Shown: positions 29,826-39,594 of the stretch, in pieces
How the letters are laid out: every line of letters starts with the position of its first letter
How positions within the stretch are numbered: the stretch's first letter is position 1
Made by a program: the position numbers and the translations under genes
The notes under the pieces: generated by a model
Seen by the model: the letters and a program-made list of their open reading frames with translations, nothing else
What the model was told of the DNA's origin: nothing
The model's database searches: none
Assembly (NCBI GenBank): GCA_016235455.1
Contig: JACRKZ010000085.1
Location: 11,286-75,285, forward strand
Direction: 5' to 3'
From: Armatimonadota bacterium
Lineage (GTDB): Bacteria > Armatimonadota > UBA10988
DNA: 64,000 nucleotides

Positions 29826-30158
29826 ATGCGTCGATTGTGCGCCGTTCTGGCCGTTGCCGGCTCGTTGCTGCTGAGTGCTTGCGGCCCGCGTGCGCCCCAG
29901 CAGGTGCAGGTCGTGCCCCAACCCGAGCCGATGCGGCAGGCCCCCATGCCGGCGCCGGCACCCGCGCCGCCCAAGTCCATGCCGCAGAGCGCCGGCAAGC
30001 CGACCACGCTGGCCAAGGCCGACCCGGTCTACATCACCCAGTCGGGCAAGAAGTACCACCGCGCCGACTGCCAGCACCTGGCCAAGAGCGCGGCCAAGAT
30101 GGCCCGCGCGCAGGCCCAGAAGCAAGGCTACACCGCCTGCGATACGTGCAAGCCGTAG
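29826..30158 (+). CDS. Small lipoprotein: Pro-rich linker plus Ada metal-binding-like (H-x3-C...C-x2-C) domain
   Basis: Lipobox LLSAC; VYITQSGKKYHRADC...GYTACDTCKP. Confidence 0.85.
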   Translation: MRRLCAVLAVAGSLLLSACGPRAPQQVQVVPQPEPMRQAPMPAPAPAPPKSMPQSAGKPTTLAKADPVYITQSGKKYHRADCQHLAKSAAKMARAQAQKQGYTACDTCKP

Positions 30159-30184
30159 CGCCTTCGCTCCCACTCGAGACAAGC

Positions 30185-30251
30185 AACGACCATCCGCAGA
30201 TGGACGCAGATAGCAGTGCCAAGCCATCTGCGCCATCTGCGGATGGTCGTT
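30185..30251. repeat. 'CAGAT' family long palindrome between convergent genes
   Basis: 19-bp IR aacgaccatccgcagatgg/ccatctgcggatggtcgtt plus inner cgcagat/atctgcg. Confidence 0.8.
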
Positions 30252-30277
30252 CTTCGCGGCGTCCGTCGCCGGTCGGC

Positions 30278-31117
30278 CTAGAGCCCCATCACCCGCTTCA
30301 CGGCGTCGACGTTCTTGGTGCAGTCGGCCTCGCCGTTGCCGGTCGGGCAGCTCGTCTCGAGCACGATCCAGCCCTTGTACTCGATGGCCTTGAGCGCGTC
30401 GGCGGCGGCCTGAATGTCCACCTTGCCCTCGCCCAGGAAGTTGCCGCCGTCCTTGAAGTGGATCAGCGCCAGGCGCTTGCCGATGGCCTTGATGTCGTTC
30501 GTCGGCACCAGGCCCGCACCGGTCGAGTTGCCGATGTCGTAGTAGGCGCCCACCCAGTCGGAGCCCACGCGGTCGAGGATCTCGTTGAACTGCGCGCCGC
30601 TCAGCGTGCATTCCAGACCCAGCTTCACGCCGGCGTCCTGGGCGATCGGGGCCAGCTTCTTCAGGCGCTCGACGAGCTGGTCGATCTCGGGCTTCCACTC
30701 CTTGCCGTTGAGCATGTGTGCCTTGCCAAAGAACGGCACCAGGATGCCGGTCCCGCCCAGTGCCTTGGTGGCGGCGATGGTCTGCTCGACCCAGGCCGGG
30801 GCCCGCTCATCAGTGGCCAAAGGGTTGCCGTTGAGCAGGTCCATGGAGGTCGACGAGATCACCACACCGGCGGCCTCGGCGGCGTCCTTGGTGCGCTTCT
30901 GCCAGTCAGGGTCGGCTACCTGCAGTTTGTCGGCGGGGCCGCCCACGCCGACCTCGACACCGGCCAGCCCGGCCTTCTTGGCCGATTCCCATTTGCCGCC
31001 AAAGGTACCCTGCCGGCCGGAGATGCGCACCCTCGGCGCCTCCTCGCCGCGCGCCAGGCGCGCCGCGACCGTTGCCAGGGCCAGACTGCCCACGAACTCT
31101 CTGCGGTTCATTGCCAT
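30278..31117 (-). CDS. Sugar phosphate isomerase/epimerase (xylose isomerase-like TIM barrel), Tat signal
   Basis: NRREF Tat motif; LVPFFG, LGLE, YYDIGNS, IHFKD, GWIVLET. Confidence 0.88.
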   Translation of the reverse strand: MAMNRREFVGSLALATVAARLARGEEAPRVRISGRQGTFGGKWESAKKAGLAGVEVGVGGPADKLQVADPDWQKRTKDAAEAAGVVISSTSMDLLNGNPLATDERAPAWVEQTIAATKALGGTGILVPFFGKAHMLNGKEWKPEIDQLVERLKKLAPIAQDAGVKLGLECTLSGAQFNEILDRVGSDWVGAYYDIGNSTGAGLVPTNDIKAIGKRLALIHFKDGGNFLGEGKVDIQAAADALKAIEYKGWIVLETSCPTGNGEADCTKNVDAVKRVMGL

Positions 31118-31122
31118 GTTGC

Positions 31123-32103
31123 TTACTCCACGGCCGGCTCGCCCGACGGCGCGGGGATGGCCAGGCCCGTGGGCACCGGCTCACCCAGCGCCGGCAGACC
31201 GCCGGCATCGAACGCTATCGGTTGTGCTCGAAAATCGCGCGGCACCCAGTCGCCGCGGCGCTCGCCATGGTGCGCATGGTAGGCCAGCCAGACCTGCGCG
31301 CCGTCGGGCGAGCGGAAGAAGCAGCCGTGGCCGGGCCCATCGACGCCGCTGGCCCGCCAGAACGCCGGCCAGGGCGCCTTCTGCCAGTTGCCTGCCACCA
31401 GCGGATCCCCGCCGGCCAGTGTCAGCCGGCCCAGGGAGTACTCCCGCAGCCAGTATGGGTTGGCCGAGTAGTAAATGTGCAGACGGCCATTGGCCACCAG
31501 TACCTGCGGACCTTCGTTGACCTGATGGCCGTGCCTCTCCCAGGCCAGGCTGGGCTCGCTGATCTCCACGCGCGGGCCGATCAGCATCCGCGGGCCAGCC
31601 ATCCTGGCCAGGTAGAGCCGCTGGCCATGGCGCGGCGGATCATCCCAGCCCGACCAGCACATGTACCACTCGCCCTGCCATTCGAACACGGTGCCGTCGA
31701 TGGCCCAATGGTCATCGGGCGTGGCCACCTTGCCCAGCAGCGCGTAGGGACCCAGCGGGTCGTCGGCAGCACTGCCCAGGACGTACATGCGGTGGTTGGC
31801 GTCGTTGCCGTCGTCGGCGCAGTAGTAGATGTACCAGCGGTCGCCCATGCGGTGCAGTTCGGGCGCCCACAGATTGCGCGACCAGGCCGTGTCCTCTGGC
31901 GGCGTGTAGACCACGCGACCCGGGGCGCTCCCCAGCTCGGCCAGGCGAGGCGCGGTCCAGAGCATGATGTTGCGCGCCGTGGTGCAGGTGTAGTAGTAGC
32001 GGCCTTGCCAACAGACGACCCACGGGTCGGCGCTGCGCTCGGCAATGGGGTTGGTGACGGTCGGCGCGCCCGCCGTCAAGCTCAGGGCCAAGGTCACAAT
32101 CAT
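31123..32103 (-). CDS. Secreted glycoside hydrolase family 43
   Basis: NPI...ADPWV, LWAPELH, WAIDGTVF, VNEGP, GPGH motifs; start at 32103 or a GTG slightly upstream. Confidence 0.9.
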   Translation of the reverse strand: MIVTLALSLTAGAPTVTNPIAERSADPWVVCWQGRYYYTCTTARNIMLWTAPRLAELGSAPGRVVYTPPEDTAWSRNLWAPELHRMGDRWYIYYCADDGNDANHRMYVLGSAADDPLGPYALLGKVATPDDHWAIDGTVFEWQGEWYMCWSGWDDPPRHGQRLYLARMAGPRMLIGPRVEISEPSLAWERHGHQVNEGPQVLVANGRLHIYYSANPYWLREYSLGRLTLAGGDPLVAGNWQKAPWPAFWRASGVDGPGHGCFFRSPDGAQVWLAYHAHHGERRGDWVPRDFRAQPIAFDAGGLPALGEPVPTGLAIPAPSGEPAVE

Positions 32104-32180
32104 CAAGCCACCTGTCACGCTATCCACCTCACCAGCAGAGAGGACTCCGCGAGGCCACCGCCAAGTTCCCGCCGGGAGTG

Positions 32181-32205
32181 TTTCGATGGGGCGGGTGGTT
32201 CTCCT
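32181..32205 (-). promoter_or_regulatory. SigH-like promoter AGGA-N16-CGAAA for the GH43/isomerase pair, overlapping the addB start
   Basis: Minus strand agga gaaccacccgccccat cgaaa; perfect motif. Confidence 0.55.
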
Positions 32206-34909
32206 CTGCAATCGGCCGCGCGAGTTGGCCCGCGAGCTGGTGACCGCGGCCGAAGTCGTCACGCCCAACCGCTACGCCGCCGCGGCGCTGGGGGTGCCGT
32301 ACTTGGGCCTGGACAGCCTGGCCCGCGAGTGCCTGCCCAGCGGGCTCAGCACGGCACGCGGCCTGGCGCGCCGCCGCGTGTTGCGCGACAACGTCGCGAC
32401 CCTGTGGCCCGGCGAGCCCGCGCAGCGCGTGTGCCAGTGGGTGGAGCCGGCGTTGCGCCGCTGGTTGCGCGCCGGGCTGCACACGCGCGACCTGGGCCCC
32501 GGCCTGCCGCCGCGCGCGAGCGAGGTGGACGCCCTGGCCCGCGGCTACGTGGCGCAGCTGCGCCGACGCGGCGAGGTCGACTCGGCCTGCGCCGCCTGGC
32601 TGGCCGCCGGCGACCGTGCCCGACGGCGGCTGGTCACCGGCTTCCCACGGCTTGAACGCGATGCGCTGCACCTGCTGGACGCCGCCTGCGCCGACGGCTC
32701 TACGGTCATCCTGCCCTTTGCCGAGCTGCCGCTGTTCGCCGACAACCTGGCCTGCGCGCGCTGGCTCGAGGCCCGCGGCTGGCGCATCGACCGGCGCCGC
32801 GACGAGCCGCAATCGCTGGGTGATCGCCTCGCCGCGCGCTGGCTCGGCGCCGATGTCGCCCTCGACGGCTGCGGTCGGCAGACCTGGCCCGACGCCGAGA
32901 GCGAGGTACGCGGCGTGTTGGCCGAGGCCAAGCGGCTGATCCTGCGGGCCGGGGTGCGCGCCGACGAGATCGCGCTGGTGACGCGCGACGAGCGCGCCTA
33001 CGGCCCGCTGGTCTCGGCGGTGGCAGCGGAGATGGACCTGCGCGTGCACATCGCCTACGCCATCCCCTTGCGCGAGACGCGGCTGGGCTGGTGGCTGGCC
33101 CAAGGCCTGGCGGCGCTGGGCGAGGACCTACCCTATGAGTTGACGCTGCGCTGGCTGGGCACGCGCTGGCACGAACTGGCCGACGCCTGGGACCCCGCCA
33201 ACGCGCTCCGCCAGCGGCCCAACGGCCCCGACGACTGGGCCCGGGCCGGCGCACCGCCGGCCCTGCTCGGCGTGCCCAGCGGCCGGGCACCGGCCGCCGC
33301 CTGGCTCGATTGGCTGACGGCGCTGTTGGATACCGCCGCGAGCATCCAGCACGAGCATGCCCGCGAAGCGCTGGCCCTGCGGCGGTTGCGCGCGGCCATA
33401 GACGAGGCCCGGCGCGAGGCGCCCGGCACGCCGTGGTCGCTGCTGGACTTCGCCGAGGAGGTCGGAGACTGGCTGGATACCCTCACCGTGCCGGCTCAGC
33501 CGGGGCGCGGCGGCCTGGAACTGCACACGCCGCTGGCCCTGCTCGGTGCCCAGCGCCGTCACCTGTTCGTGCTCGGCACCACCGAAGGTGCCCTGCCCCA
33601 GCCCGTATCCGATGACGCCTTCCTCGACTTCCGCGACCGCGAAGCGGTCAACGCCTTGGTCGGTGGCGACCCGCCGGCGCTGGAGACCGCCGAGCAGGCC
33701 GCTCGGCGCGAGGCGCTGATGTTCTGGTCGCTGCTCGGCGCGCCCACCGAAACGCTGCGCTTCACGCTGCCCGAGACCGCCGGCAACAGCGCCACCTCGC
33801 CCAGCGCCTGGCTGGCGCCGCTGGCCCTGCCCGCGCTGCCGCGCGAGCCGTGGCAGGCCGACTGGCCCTCCTGGCGCCAGACCGTTCTGCGCGGCGACCA
33901 GCGCGAGCCGGTGGTGGACGAGGCGCGACGCGCGCACTGCGTGGAATGGCGGCGCGAAGGCATCGACTCGCCCGACGCCCACGACGGCGCGCTGGGCCAC
34001 GCCTTCGCGCCGCCCAAGCACTACAGCGTCAGCCAGCTCACGGCGCTGGCCAGTTGCCCGTTCCGTTGGTTCGGGCAGCGCGCGCTGGGCCTCAGCGGGC
34101 CCGACGAGACCGCGGCCGATCCCGACCCCGCGGCCCGCGGCTCGGCGCTGCATCGTGCGCTGGAGCTGACGCTGCGCGCGGCGTTGGCGGCCGGTTTTCT
34201 GCGTGACCGCACGGCCCTGGCCAAGCTGGCCGAACATGCGCTGGACGCCGCCGTCGGCGCCGACCCGCCGGACACGGCGTTGGGTCAGGCAGTCGCGCGC
34301 GCCAAGGAAGCCCATCCCGCGCGCCGCTCGCAGGATGCTGACCGCAACGACGACGAGGCCCGCGCCGAATGGCTCGGTCGGCTGCCCAACTGGCCGCGAC
34401 TGCGCGCCGAGTGGCTTGGGCTGCTGCAACGCGCCGTGCGCCAGCCCGACTTCATGCCCGAGGACGCCGCGCCTGTCGCTTTCGAGGTGGGCTTCGGCGG
34501 CGACTGGCGGGGCCTGCCGGTGATCGGCTTCATCGACCGCATCGACCGGCTCGATGACGGCAGCCTGGCCTTGCTGGACTACAAGACCGCCGCCCGAGTG
34601 GCGCCCGGCGTGCCTGAGCGCGAGGACTGGCCCAGGTTCGACCTGCAGGTGCCGCTCTACCAGTCGGTCTACGCCCAGCACAGCGGCGAGACGGTGTCCC
34701 AGGCGCTGTACTTGTGCCGCCTGGGCGAGGCACAGACGGCGAAGGTCCTCGACGATACGGTGTACATTGCCTTTGCCGACTGGGTGCGCCGGGTGTTCGA
34801 CGAGGGCTCGTTCGCACCCGATCCGGACGCTGCCGGCAACGCCTGCCGCTACTGCGATCTCGACGCCGTCTGCCGCCGCGGACCGCGGCTCGACCGCAAG
34901 AGGGGCTGA
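32186..34909 (+). CDS. addB: AddB/RexB-like subunit: inactive helicase scaffold plus C-terminal PD-(D/E)XK nuclease with 4-Cys motif
   Basis: SEVRGVL..., DEIALVTRD...Y, SVSQL...CPFRWF, GSALH, GFIDRID, LLDYKT, LQVPLY, CRYCDLDAVC; directly upstream of the UvrD-type gene. Confidence 0.8.
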   Translation: MGRVVLLCNRPRELARELVTAAEVVTPNRYAAAALGVPYLGLDSLARECLPSGLSTARGLARRRVLRDNVATLWPGEPAQRVCQWVEPALRRWLRAGLHTRDLGPGLPPRASEVDALARGYVAQLRRRGEVDSACAAWLAAGDRARRRLVTGFPRLERDALHLLDAACADGSTVILPFAELPLFADNLACARWLEARGWRIDRRRDEPQSLGDRLAARWLGADVALDGCGRQTWPDAESEVRGVLAEAKRLILRAGVRADEIALVTRDERAYGPLVSAVAAEMDLRVHIAYAIPLRETRLGWWLAQGLAALGEDLPYELTLRWLGTRWHELADAWDPANALRQRPNGPDDWARAGAPPALLGVPSGRAPAAAWLDWLTALLDTAASIQHEHAREALALRRLRAAIDEARREAPGTPWSLLDFAEEVGDWLDTLTVPAQPGRGGLELHTPLALLGAQRRHLFVLGTTEGALPQPVSDDAFLDFRDREAVNALVGGDPPALETAEQAARREALMFWSLLGAPTETLRFTLPETAGNSATSPSAWLAPLALPALPREPWQADWPSWRQTVLRGDQREPVVDEARRAHCVEWRREGIDSPDAHDGALGHAFAPPKHYSVSQLTALASCPFRWFGQRALGLSGPDETAADPDPAARGSALHRALELTLRAALAAGFLRDRTALAKLAEHALDAAVGADPPDTALGQAVARAKEAHPARRSQDADRNDDEARAEWLGRLPNWPRLRAEWLGLLQRAVRQPDFMPEDAAPVAFEVGFGGDWRGLPVIGFIDRIDRLDDGSLALLDYKTAARVAPGVPEREDWPRFDLQVPLYQSVYAQHSGETVSQALYLCRLGEAQTAKVLDDTVYIAFADWVRRVFDEGSFAPDPDAAGNACRYCDLDAVCRRGPRLDRKRG

Positions 34910-34912
34910 ACC

Positions 34913-37900
34913 ATGGGCACTCGCCTGACCGACCAACAACGGGCCGTGGTGGAGGCACCGGTCAGCGTCGCGGTCACCGCCGGCGCCGGCACGGGCAAGA
35001 CAGAGCTGCTGGCCGAGCGCTTCATCGCCCATCTCAGCCGCGCCGGCTGCCGGCCGTTGGAGATCGTCGCGGTGACCTTCACCGAGCGCGCCGCCGCGGA
35101 ACTGCGCGAGCGCATCCGCCGCAACCTGACGCGCGACTTCTCGGATCGTGCCGACTGGCTGGCCGAGGTGGAAGCGGCGCCCATCGGCACACTGCACGGG
35201 CTGTGCGCGCGCATCGCCCGCGAGCATCCGCGCCAGGCGGGCGTGGCGCCGGTGTTCGGTGTCATGGACGACCTCGACGGACGCGGCTGGCTGGCCGAGC
35301 GGCTCGACGACATCCTGTCGCGCACACCGACCGAATGGTATGGCGACGGCGACCGCCTGACCTTCACTCAGGCCCGCGCGGCGCTGTGGCCGCTGATCAA
35401 CAACCCCATCCTGGCCGACGAGGCGTTGCTCGTGGCCACCACGCGCGACGGCCCGGCACAATGGCGCGAGCAGACCCGGCTGCGCCTGCGCGAGGTGGCC
35501 GAGGACCCGGCCTGGGTCGCCGCGGTGGCGCGGCTAGACGCCGTGTCGGGCCCCGACGGGCTGGACGACGCACGGCGCACGGCCCTGGGGCTGGTCGGGC
35601 GGCTGCAAAGCGAGCCGGCGCGCGCGGCCCGCGAACTGGCCGAGGTGAAGTACAAGCGCGCCGGTCAGAAGGCCAACTGGCAGGACATCACCGAGGTGCG
35701 CGACGCCCTCGGCGTGCTGGTCGAGGGGGCCACGCGCCTGGCCGGCGGGCCGCTGTATGACGATGTGGTCGATGGCCGCCATGCGCGACGCCTGGCCCGA
35801 CTCCGCGAGCTGTTCGAGTTCGCGCGCGCCGAGCTGGCCGAGCAGAAGCGACTGGCCGGGCTGCTCGACTTCGCCGACCTCGAGGTGGCGGCGCTGCGCG
35901 CGCTCGATGATGCCACGGTGCGCGCCTACTACGGCCAGCGCTGGCGAGCCTTCATCGTCGACGAGTGCCAGGACGTCAACCCCGTGCAAGGGCGTCTGCT
36001 GCGACGCTTGGTGGACTGCTCCGCTGACGCGCTGGTCACGCTGGTGGGCGACGAGAAGCAGAGCATCTATGGCTTCCGTGGCGCGCGGCCCGAGGTGTTT
36101 GGCGAGCTGCGCGCGGACCTGGTGGCCGCGCGTAGCGGGCAGGCGAAGCATGACCTGAGCCGCAGCTTCCGCAGCCACGCGCCACTGGTCAAGGTGTTCA
36201 ACACGCTGTTCGCGCCGGTGGTCGAGGGCTACCGCGACCAGACGGCCGAACGTGCCCAGGCGCCGCACGATGGACCATGCCTGGAGCTGGCCGTCGTCGA
36301 ACCCGATGACAGCAAGCCCAACACCGCGCGGCTGCGGCGGGCTGAGGCCGACTACCTGGCGCGCCGCGTGGCCGGCTGGCTGGACCCGGCGGACCCGCTG
36401 CTGGTGGCCGGTCGCGACGGCACACCGCGGCCCGCGCGGCCCGGCGACATGGCCATCCTGACCCGCGCCTGGGCACCGCTGGAGTTGTACGGCGATGCCC
36501 TGGCCGCGGCAGGGATTCCCGTCGTCCATGCCGGTGGCGGCGACCTGCTGGCCACGCGCGAAGCCAAGGACGCCGCGGCGCTGTTGCGCTTCCTGGCCGC
36601 GCCGCACGACAACCTGGCGCTGGCGGCGGTGCTGCGTTCGCCGTTCTTCGCCTGCGATGACCACGCCGTCCGGGCCCTGGCCAGGGCCGCTCGCGACAGC
36701 ACCTGGTGGGCGGCGATGCCCGCACTCGGCGCTGCCTGGCAACGGCCGCGCGAGGTGCTGGGCGAGCTGCTGGAGGCCGTGCCACGTGAGGCGCCGAGCC
36801 GCCTGCTGAGTCGCGCCGACGCGCTGACCGGCTACTCGGCCGTGATCGCCAACCTGCCGCCGGGCGAGCGCCGGCTGGCCGACTGGCGCGGCTTCGTGGC
36901 CTGGATACGCGACGCGGAGCAGGGCTCGGGCGAGGTGTTCGGCGTGGTCCGCCGACTGCGCCAGGCCGCCAACCTGGCGATCGAGGTCCCGCGGCCGGCG
37001 CTGGCCCCCGGCGATGCCGTGCTGCTCATCACCTACCACGGCGCCAAGGGCCTGGAATGGCCTGTGGTCATCGCGCCCGACCTGGGCCGCGGCACGCCCA
37101 ACGATGCCGGCGACCTGCTGTTCGACGCGCAACTCGGCGTGAGCCTGAGACAGCATGCCGACGACGGCGCGGTCGAACGGACCTGGCTCAGTGGCGTGCT
37201 GGACGCCGAGCAGAAGCGGCGCGCCGCCCAGGAGAACCAGCGACTGGCCTATGTGGCGCTGACGCGCGCCCGCGACCACCTGCTGCTGACCACTGCCGCG
37301 CGCGGCGACGCCGGCTCGCTATGGGCCACGCTGGAGCCAGGCCTGGCCACGGGCGTCGCCTGCACCGAGGACCGCGAAGCCTGCGCCTACCAGCCCGAGC
37401 GCGCGGTGCCGCGCCTACCGCAGATGCCGCCTGCTCCGCCCGCGCCGACGGCGGAGCACCTGCTGCTAGAGGCCACGCCGATCCAACCCGGCGAGTTGCC
37501 GGTCACCGCGCTCGGCGAATACCACACCTGCCCGCATCGCTTCCGTCGGCACTACCTCGACGGCTTCCCCACCGAGTTGGATCGCACGCCCGATGAGGAT
37601 GATGCCGACGCGACCGCGGACGCCAGTTCGGCCAACCTGGGCACGCTCACCCACGAGGCGCTGGAGACGGGCGCCGACACGCCTGACGCGCTACGGTCGC
37701 CCGGCACGGCCGCCGAGCGCGACGAGGCCGTCGCCCTGGCTCGGCGCTTCCGCACCGAGGCCGTGTTCGACCGGGTGCGCGCCGACGATGATGCGTGCGA
37801 GGTGCGCATCCGCCTGCAGGTGGGCACGCTGACCCTCGTCGGCCGGGTGGACCGGGTCGGCGCCGACTACGTGGTCGACTACAAGACCGGCCGCCACGCC

Positions 37901-38140
37901 ACGGTCGAGGAGCACGGGCTGCAGCTCTGGGCGTACAGCGAGGCGCTCGACAAGCGGACCGCCTACCTGGCCGATCTGCGGCAAGTGGTCCTGCACGAAC
38001 TGGGGCCCGACCGCCTGGCCGAGTTCGGCGACCAGGCCCGACGCGTGGCCGAGGCCATCGCCGCCGGCCGGTTCGAGCCGTCGAGCGGCGGGCACTGCCA
38101 GCACTGCCCCTTCCAGCCCGGCTGCCCGGCCAAACCGTAG
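34913..38140 (+). CDS. addA: AddA/RexA-like UvrD helicase with C-terminal RecB-type nuclease
   Basis: AGAGTGKT, VTFTERAAAEL, IGTLHG, VDECQD, VGDEKQSIYGFRGA, SFRS, TYHGAKGLEW, YVALTRARD, GRVDR, VVDYKTG, LQLWAY, CQHCPFQPGC. Confidence 0.88.
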   Translation: MGTRLTDQQRAVVEAPVSVAVTAGAGTGKTELLAERFIAHLSRAGCRPLEIVAVTFTERAAAELRERIRRNLTRDFSDRADWLAEVEAAPIGTLHGLCARIAREHPRQAGVAPVFGVMDDLDGRGWLAERLDDILSRTPTEWYGDGDRLTFTQARAALWPLINNPILADEALLVATTRDGPAQWREQTRLRLREVAEDPAWVAAVARLDAVSGPDGLDDARRTALGLVGRLQSEPARAARELAEVKYKRAGQKANWQDITEVRDALGVLVEGATRLAGGPLYDDVVDGRHARRLARLRELFEFARAELAEQKRLAGLLDFADLEVAALRALDDATVRAYYGQRWRAFIVDECQDVNPVQGRLLRRLVDCSADALVTLVGDEKQSIYGFRGARPEVFGELRADLVAARSGQAKHDLSRSFRSHAPLVKVFNTLFAPVVEGYRDQTAERAQAPHDGPCLELAVVEPDDSKPNTARLRRAEADYLARRVAGWLDPADPLLVAGRDGTPRPARPGDMAILTRAWAPLELYGDALAAAGIPVVHAGGGDLLATREAKDAAALLRFLAAPHDNLALAAVLRSPFFACDDHAVRALARAARDSTWWAAMPALGAAWQRPREVLGELLEAVPREAPSRLLSRADALTGYSAVIANLPPGERRLADWRGFVAWIRDAEQGSGEVFGVVRRLRQAANLAIEVPRPALAPGDAVLLITYHGAKGLEWPVVIAPDLGRGTPNDAGDLLFDAQLGVSLRQHADDGAVERTWLSGVLDAEQKRRAAQENQRLAYVALTRARDHLLLTTAARGDAGSLWATLEPGLATGVACTEDREACAYQPERAVPRLPQMPPAPPAPTAEHLLLEATPIQPGELPVTALGEYHTCPHRFRRHYLDGFPTELDRTPDEDDADATADASSANLGTLTHEALETGADTPDALRSPGTAAERDEAVALARRFRTEAVFDRVRADDDACEVRIRLQVGTLTLVGRVDRVGADYVVDYKTGRHATVEEHGLQLWAYSEALDKRTAYLADLRQVVLHELGPDRLAEFGDQARRVAEAIAAGRFEPSSGGHCQHCPFQPGCPAKP

Positions 38141-38217
38141 CCGGCCAGATTGCCTGGCCAACTGCTGAGACTCCCGACTCTTGGGGATGTCAAACCGGGC
38201 GAAGGTGGATCGTAGAC

Positions 38218-38427
38218 GTGGCTCGACGAGCGAAGGACAGCTTGCAGGTGTTGCCAGGCGGCGAGCCCGAGGTCCAGGTGGTGGACCTCGGCGAACTGCC
38301 ACCCGAGCCCCAGCCGGTCTGGCTGTTTTGGACGGTCATGAACATGCTATGGCCGGCCGGTGAGCTGGCCGCCGACCCACCGCAGACCGCCCATTTGCCG
38401 CGTAAGCGCGCGCCGCGCCCGCAGTAG
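38218..38427 (+). CDS. Small hypothetical protein (69 aa)
   Basis: GTG 38218 preceded by aaggtgg; fills the gap between addA and the REP; MARRAKDSLQVLPGG...; no recognisable motif. Confidence 0.4.
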   Translation: MARRAKDSLQVLPGGEPEVQVVDLGELPPEPQPVWLFWTVMNMLWPAGELAADPPQTAHLPRKRAPRPQ

Positions 38428-38429
38428 CG

Positions 38430-38487
38430 CATAAACGGTGTCAGGGACCGTTTTCGCTCGTGGAAACGGTCCCTGACACCGTTTATG
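38430..38487. repeat. REP-doublet palindrome, family AAACGGTGTCAGGGACCGTTT, intergenic copy
   Basis: 24-bp perfect IR 38430-38453/38464-38487; trailing partial unit ctgacaccg; same core as 21443-21503. Confidence 0.9.
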
Positions 38488-38500
38488 GCTGACACCGCTT

Positions 38501-39520
38501 CTACGCCGGGCAAGCCAACAGGTAGTCGAGCAACTCGCTCAGCGAGCAGGTGGCCAGGCCGACGTACTTGTCCGCGCCACCGTAGTAGACAAACAGCGTG
38601 TCGCCGATGACCACCTTGCCGCACGGGAAGACCACGCCCTGGTACGGGCCTTCGAGCTCGTACCACTCCTCCGGCTGCAGCAGCCAGTCCCGTCCGCGGT
38701 AGCGCACGATGCTGGGATCGTCGAGGTCGAGCAGCATCGCACCCAGCCGATAGTGCCGGTCGGTGCCCACCGCGTGGTACAGCGTCAGCCAGCCATGCGG
38801 CGTGCGGATGGGCGGCGTGTTGCCGCCAATCTTGCGGTTCTCCCACTCCAGTTCGGCCTTGGCCAGGAGCTTGGGTGAGTCCCAGCAAAGCAGATCGTCC
38901 GCGCTGCTGACCCACATGGCCGGGTACTCGGTGCCGTACTCCGGACCGACCCAGGTCATCGGCCGGTGCATCATGGCCCAACGGCCGCCGATCTTCTCGG
39001 GGAAGAGGATCACGTCGCGGTCGTCCACGCGTGGGTCGGTCAGCCGGCCAGCGCGGATCCAGGTCTTGAAGTCGCGAGTCAGCGCCAAGCCCGTTGCCGT
39101 CACGTTGTTGGCGATGGAGAACGGGAATTCGGGCGGGCACTCGGGCTTCTGGTAGCCCTTCTCGGGATCGTGCACCCAATACTGACCCGGCGGGAACGGG
39201 CGCGCCGCATAGGTCACGTAGTACCACTCGCCGATCTTGATGATGCGCGGGTCTTCCACGCAGCCAGCGTCGAATCCGTCGGCGGAGGGGCCGAAGACGG
39301 GCTCGGAGGAGACGCGGCGGAAGGTGTAGCCGTCATCACTGACCGCCAGGCCGAAGTAGATGCGATGCTCGACATCGGCGCCCGCGGCGCGATAGAGCAT
39401 CAGCACCTGTCCGCTGGCTTCGTCATACCACGCGCCTGGATTGGTCGTGACAAACGACTCCCAAGCGTTCTCCGGGTTCGGCGCCAGGATCGGGTTGGCA
39501 TCGTGCCGCACTAGCTTCAT
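38501..39520 (-). CDS. GH130 family beta-mannoside phosphorylase/glycosidase
   Basis: NPILAP, NPGA, MLYRA, GCVEDPRI, FPEKIGG...MHRP, KIGG, YHAV, VVFPCG, YYGGAD; RBS aagga. Confidence 0.9.
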   Translation of the reverse strand: MKLVRHDANPILAPNPENAWESFVTTNPGAWYDEASGQVLMLYRAAGADVEHRIYFGLAVSDDGYTFRRVSSEPVFGPSADGFDAGCVEDPRIIKIGEWYYVTYAARPFPPGQYWVHDPEKGYQKPECPPEFPFSIANNVTATGLALTRDFKTWIRAGRLTDPRVDDRDVILFPEKIGGRWAMMHRPMTWVGPEYGTEYPAMWVSSADDLLCWDSPKLLAKAELEWENRKIGGNTPPIRTPHGWLTLYHAVGTDRHYRLGAMLLDLDDPSIVRYRGRDWLLQPEEWYELEGPYQGVVFPCGKVVIGDTLFVYYGGADKYVGLATCSLSELLDYLLACPA

Positions 39521-39594
39521 GGCCCAGTCGTCCTTTCGGATCACCAGTCTAGCAGACGGCCCAAGCCCGCGCTCCGCTCAACGGCAGAGGCCGG

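Noticed and set aside
32186-38140. Cas4-like cysteine nucleases as a possible CRISPR or defence locus
   Set aside because: No cas1/cas2, no repeat-spacer array and no defence-island context; the architecture fits AddAB-type repair.
38190-39227. 345-aa minus ORF reading through the second REP (NGVRDRF peptide)
   Set aside because: Out-of-frame overlap with GH130; shows only that the repeat is open in that frame.
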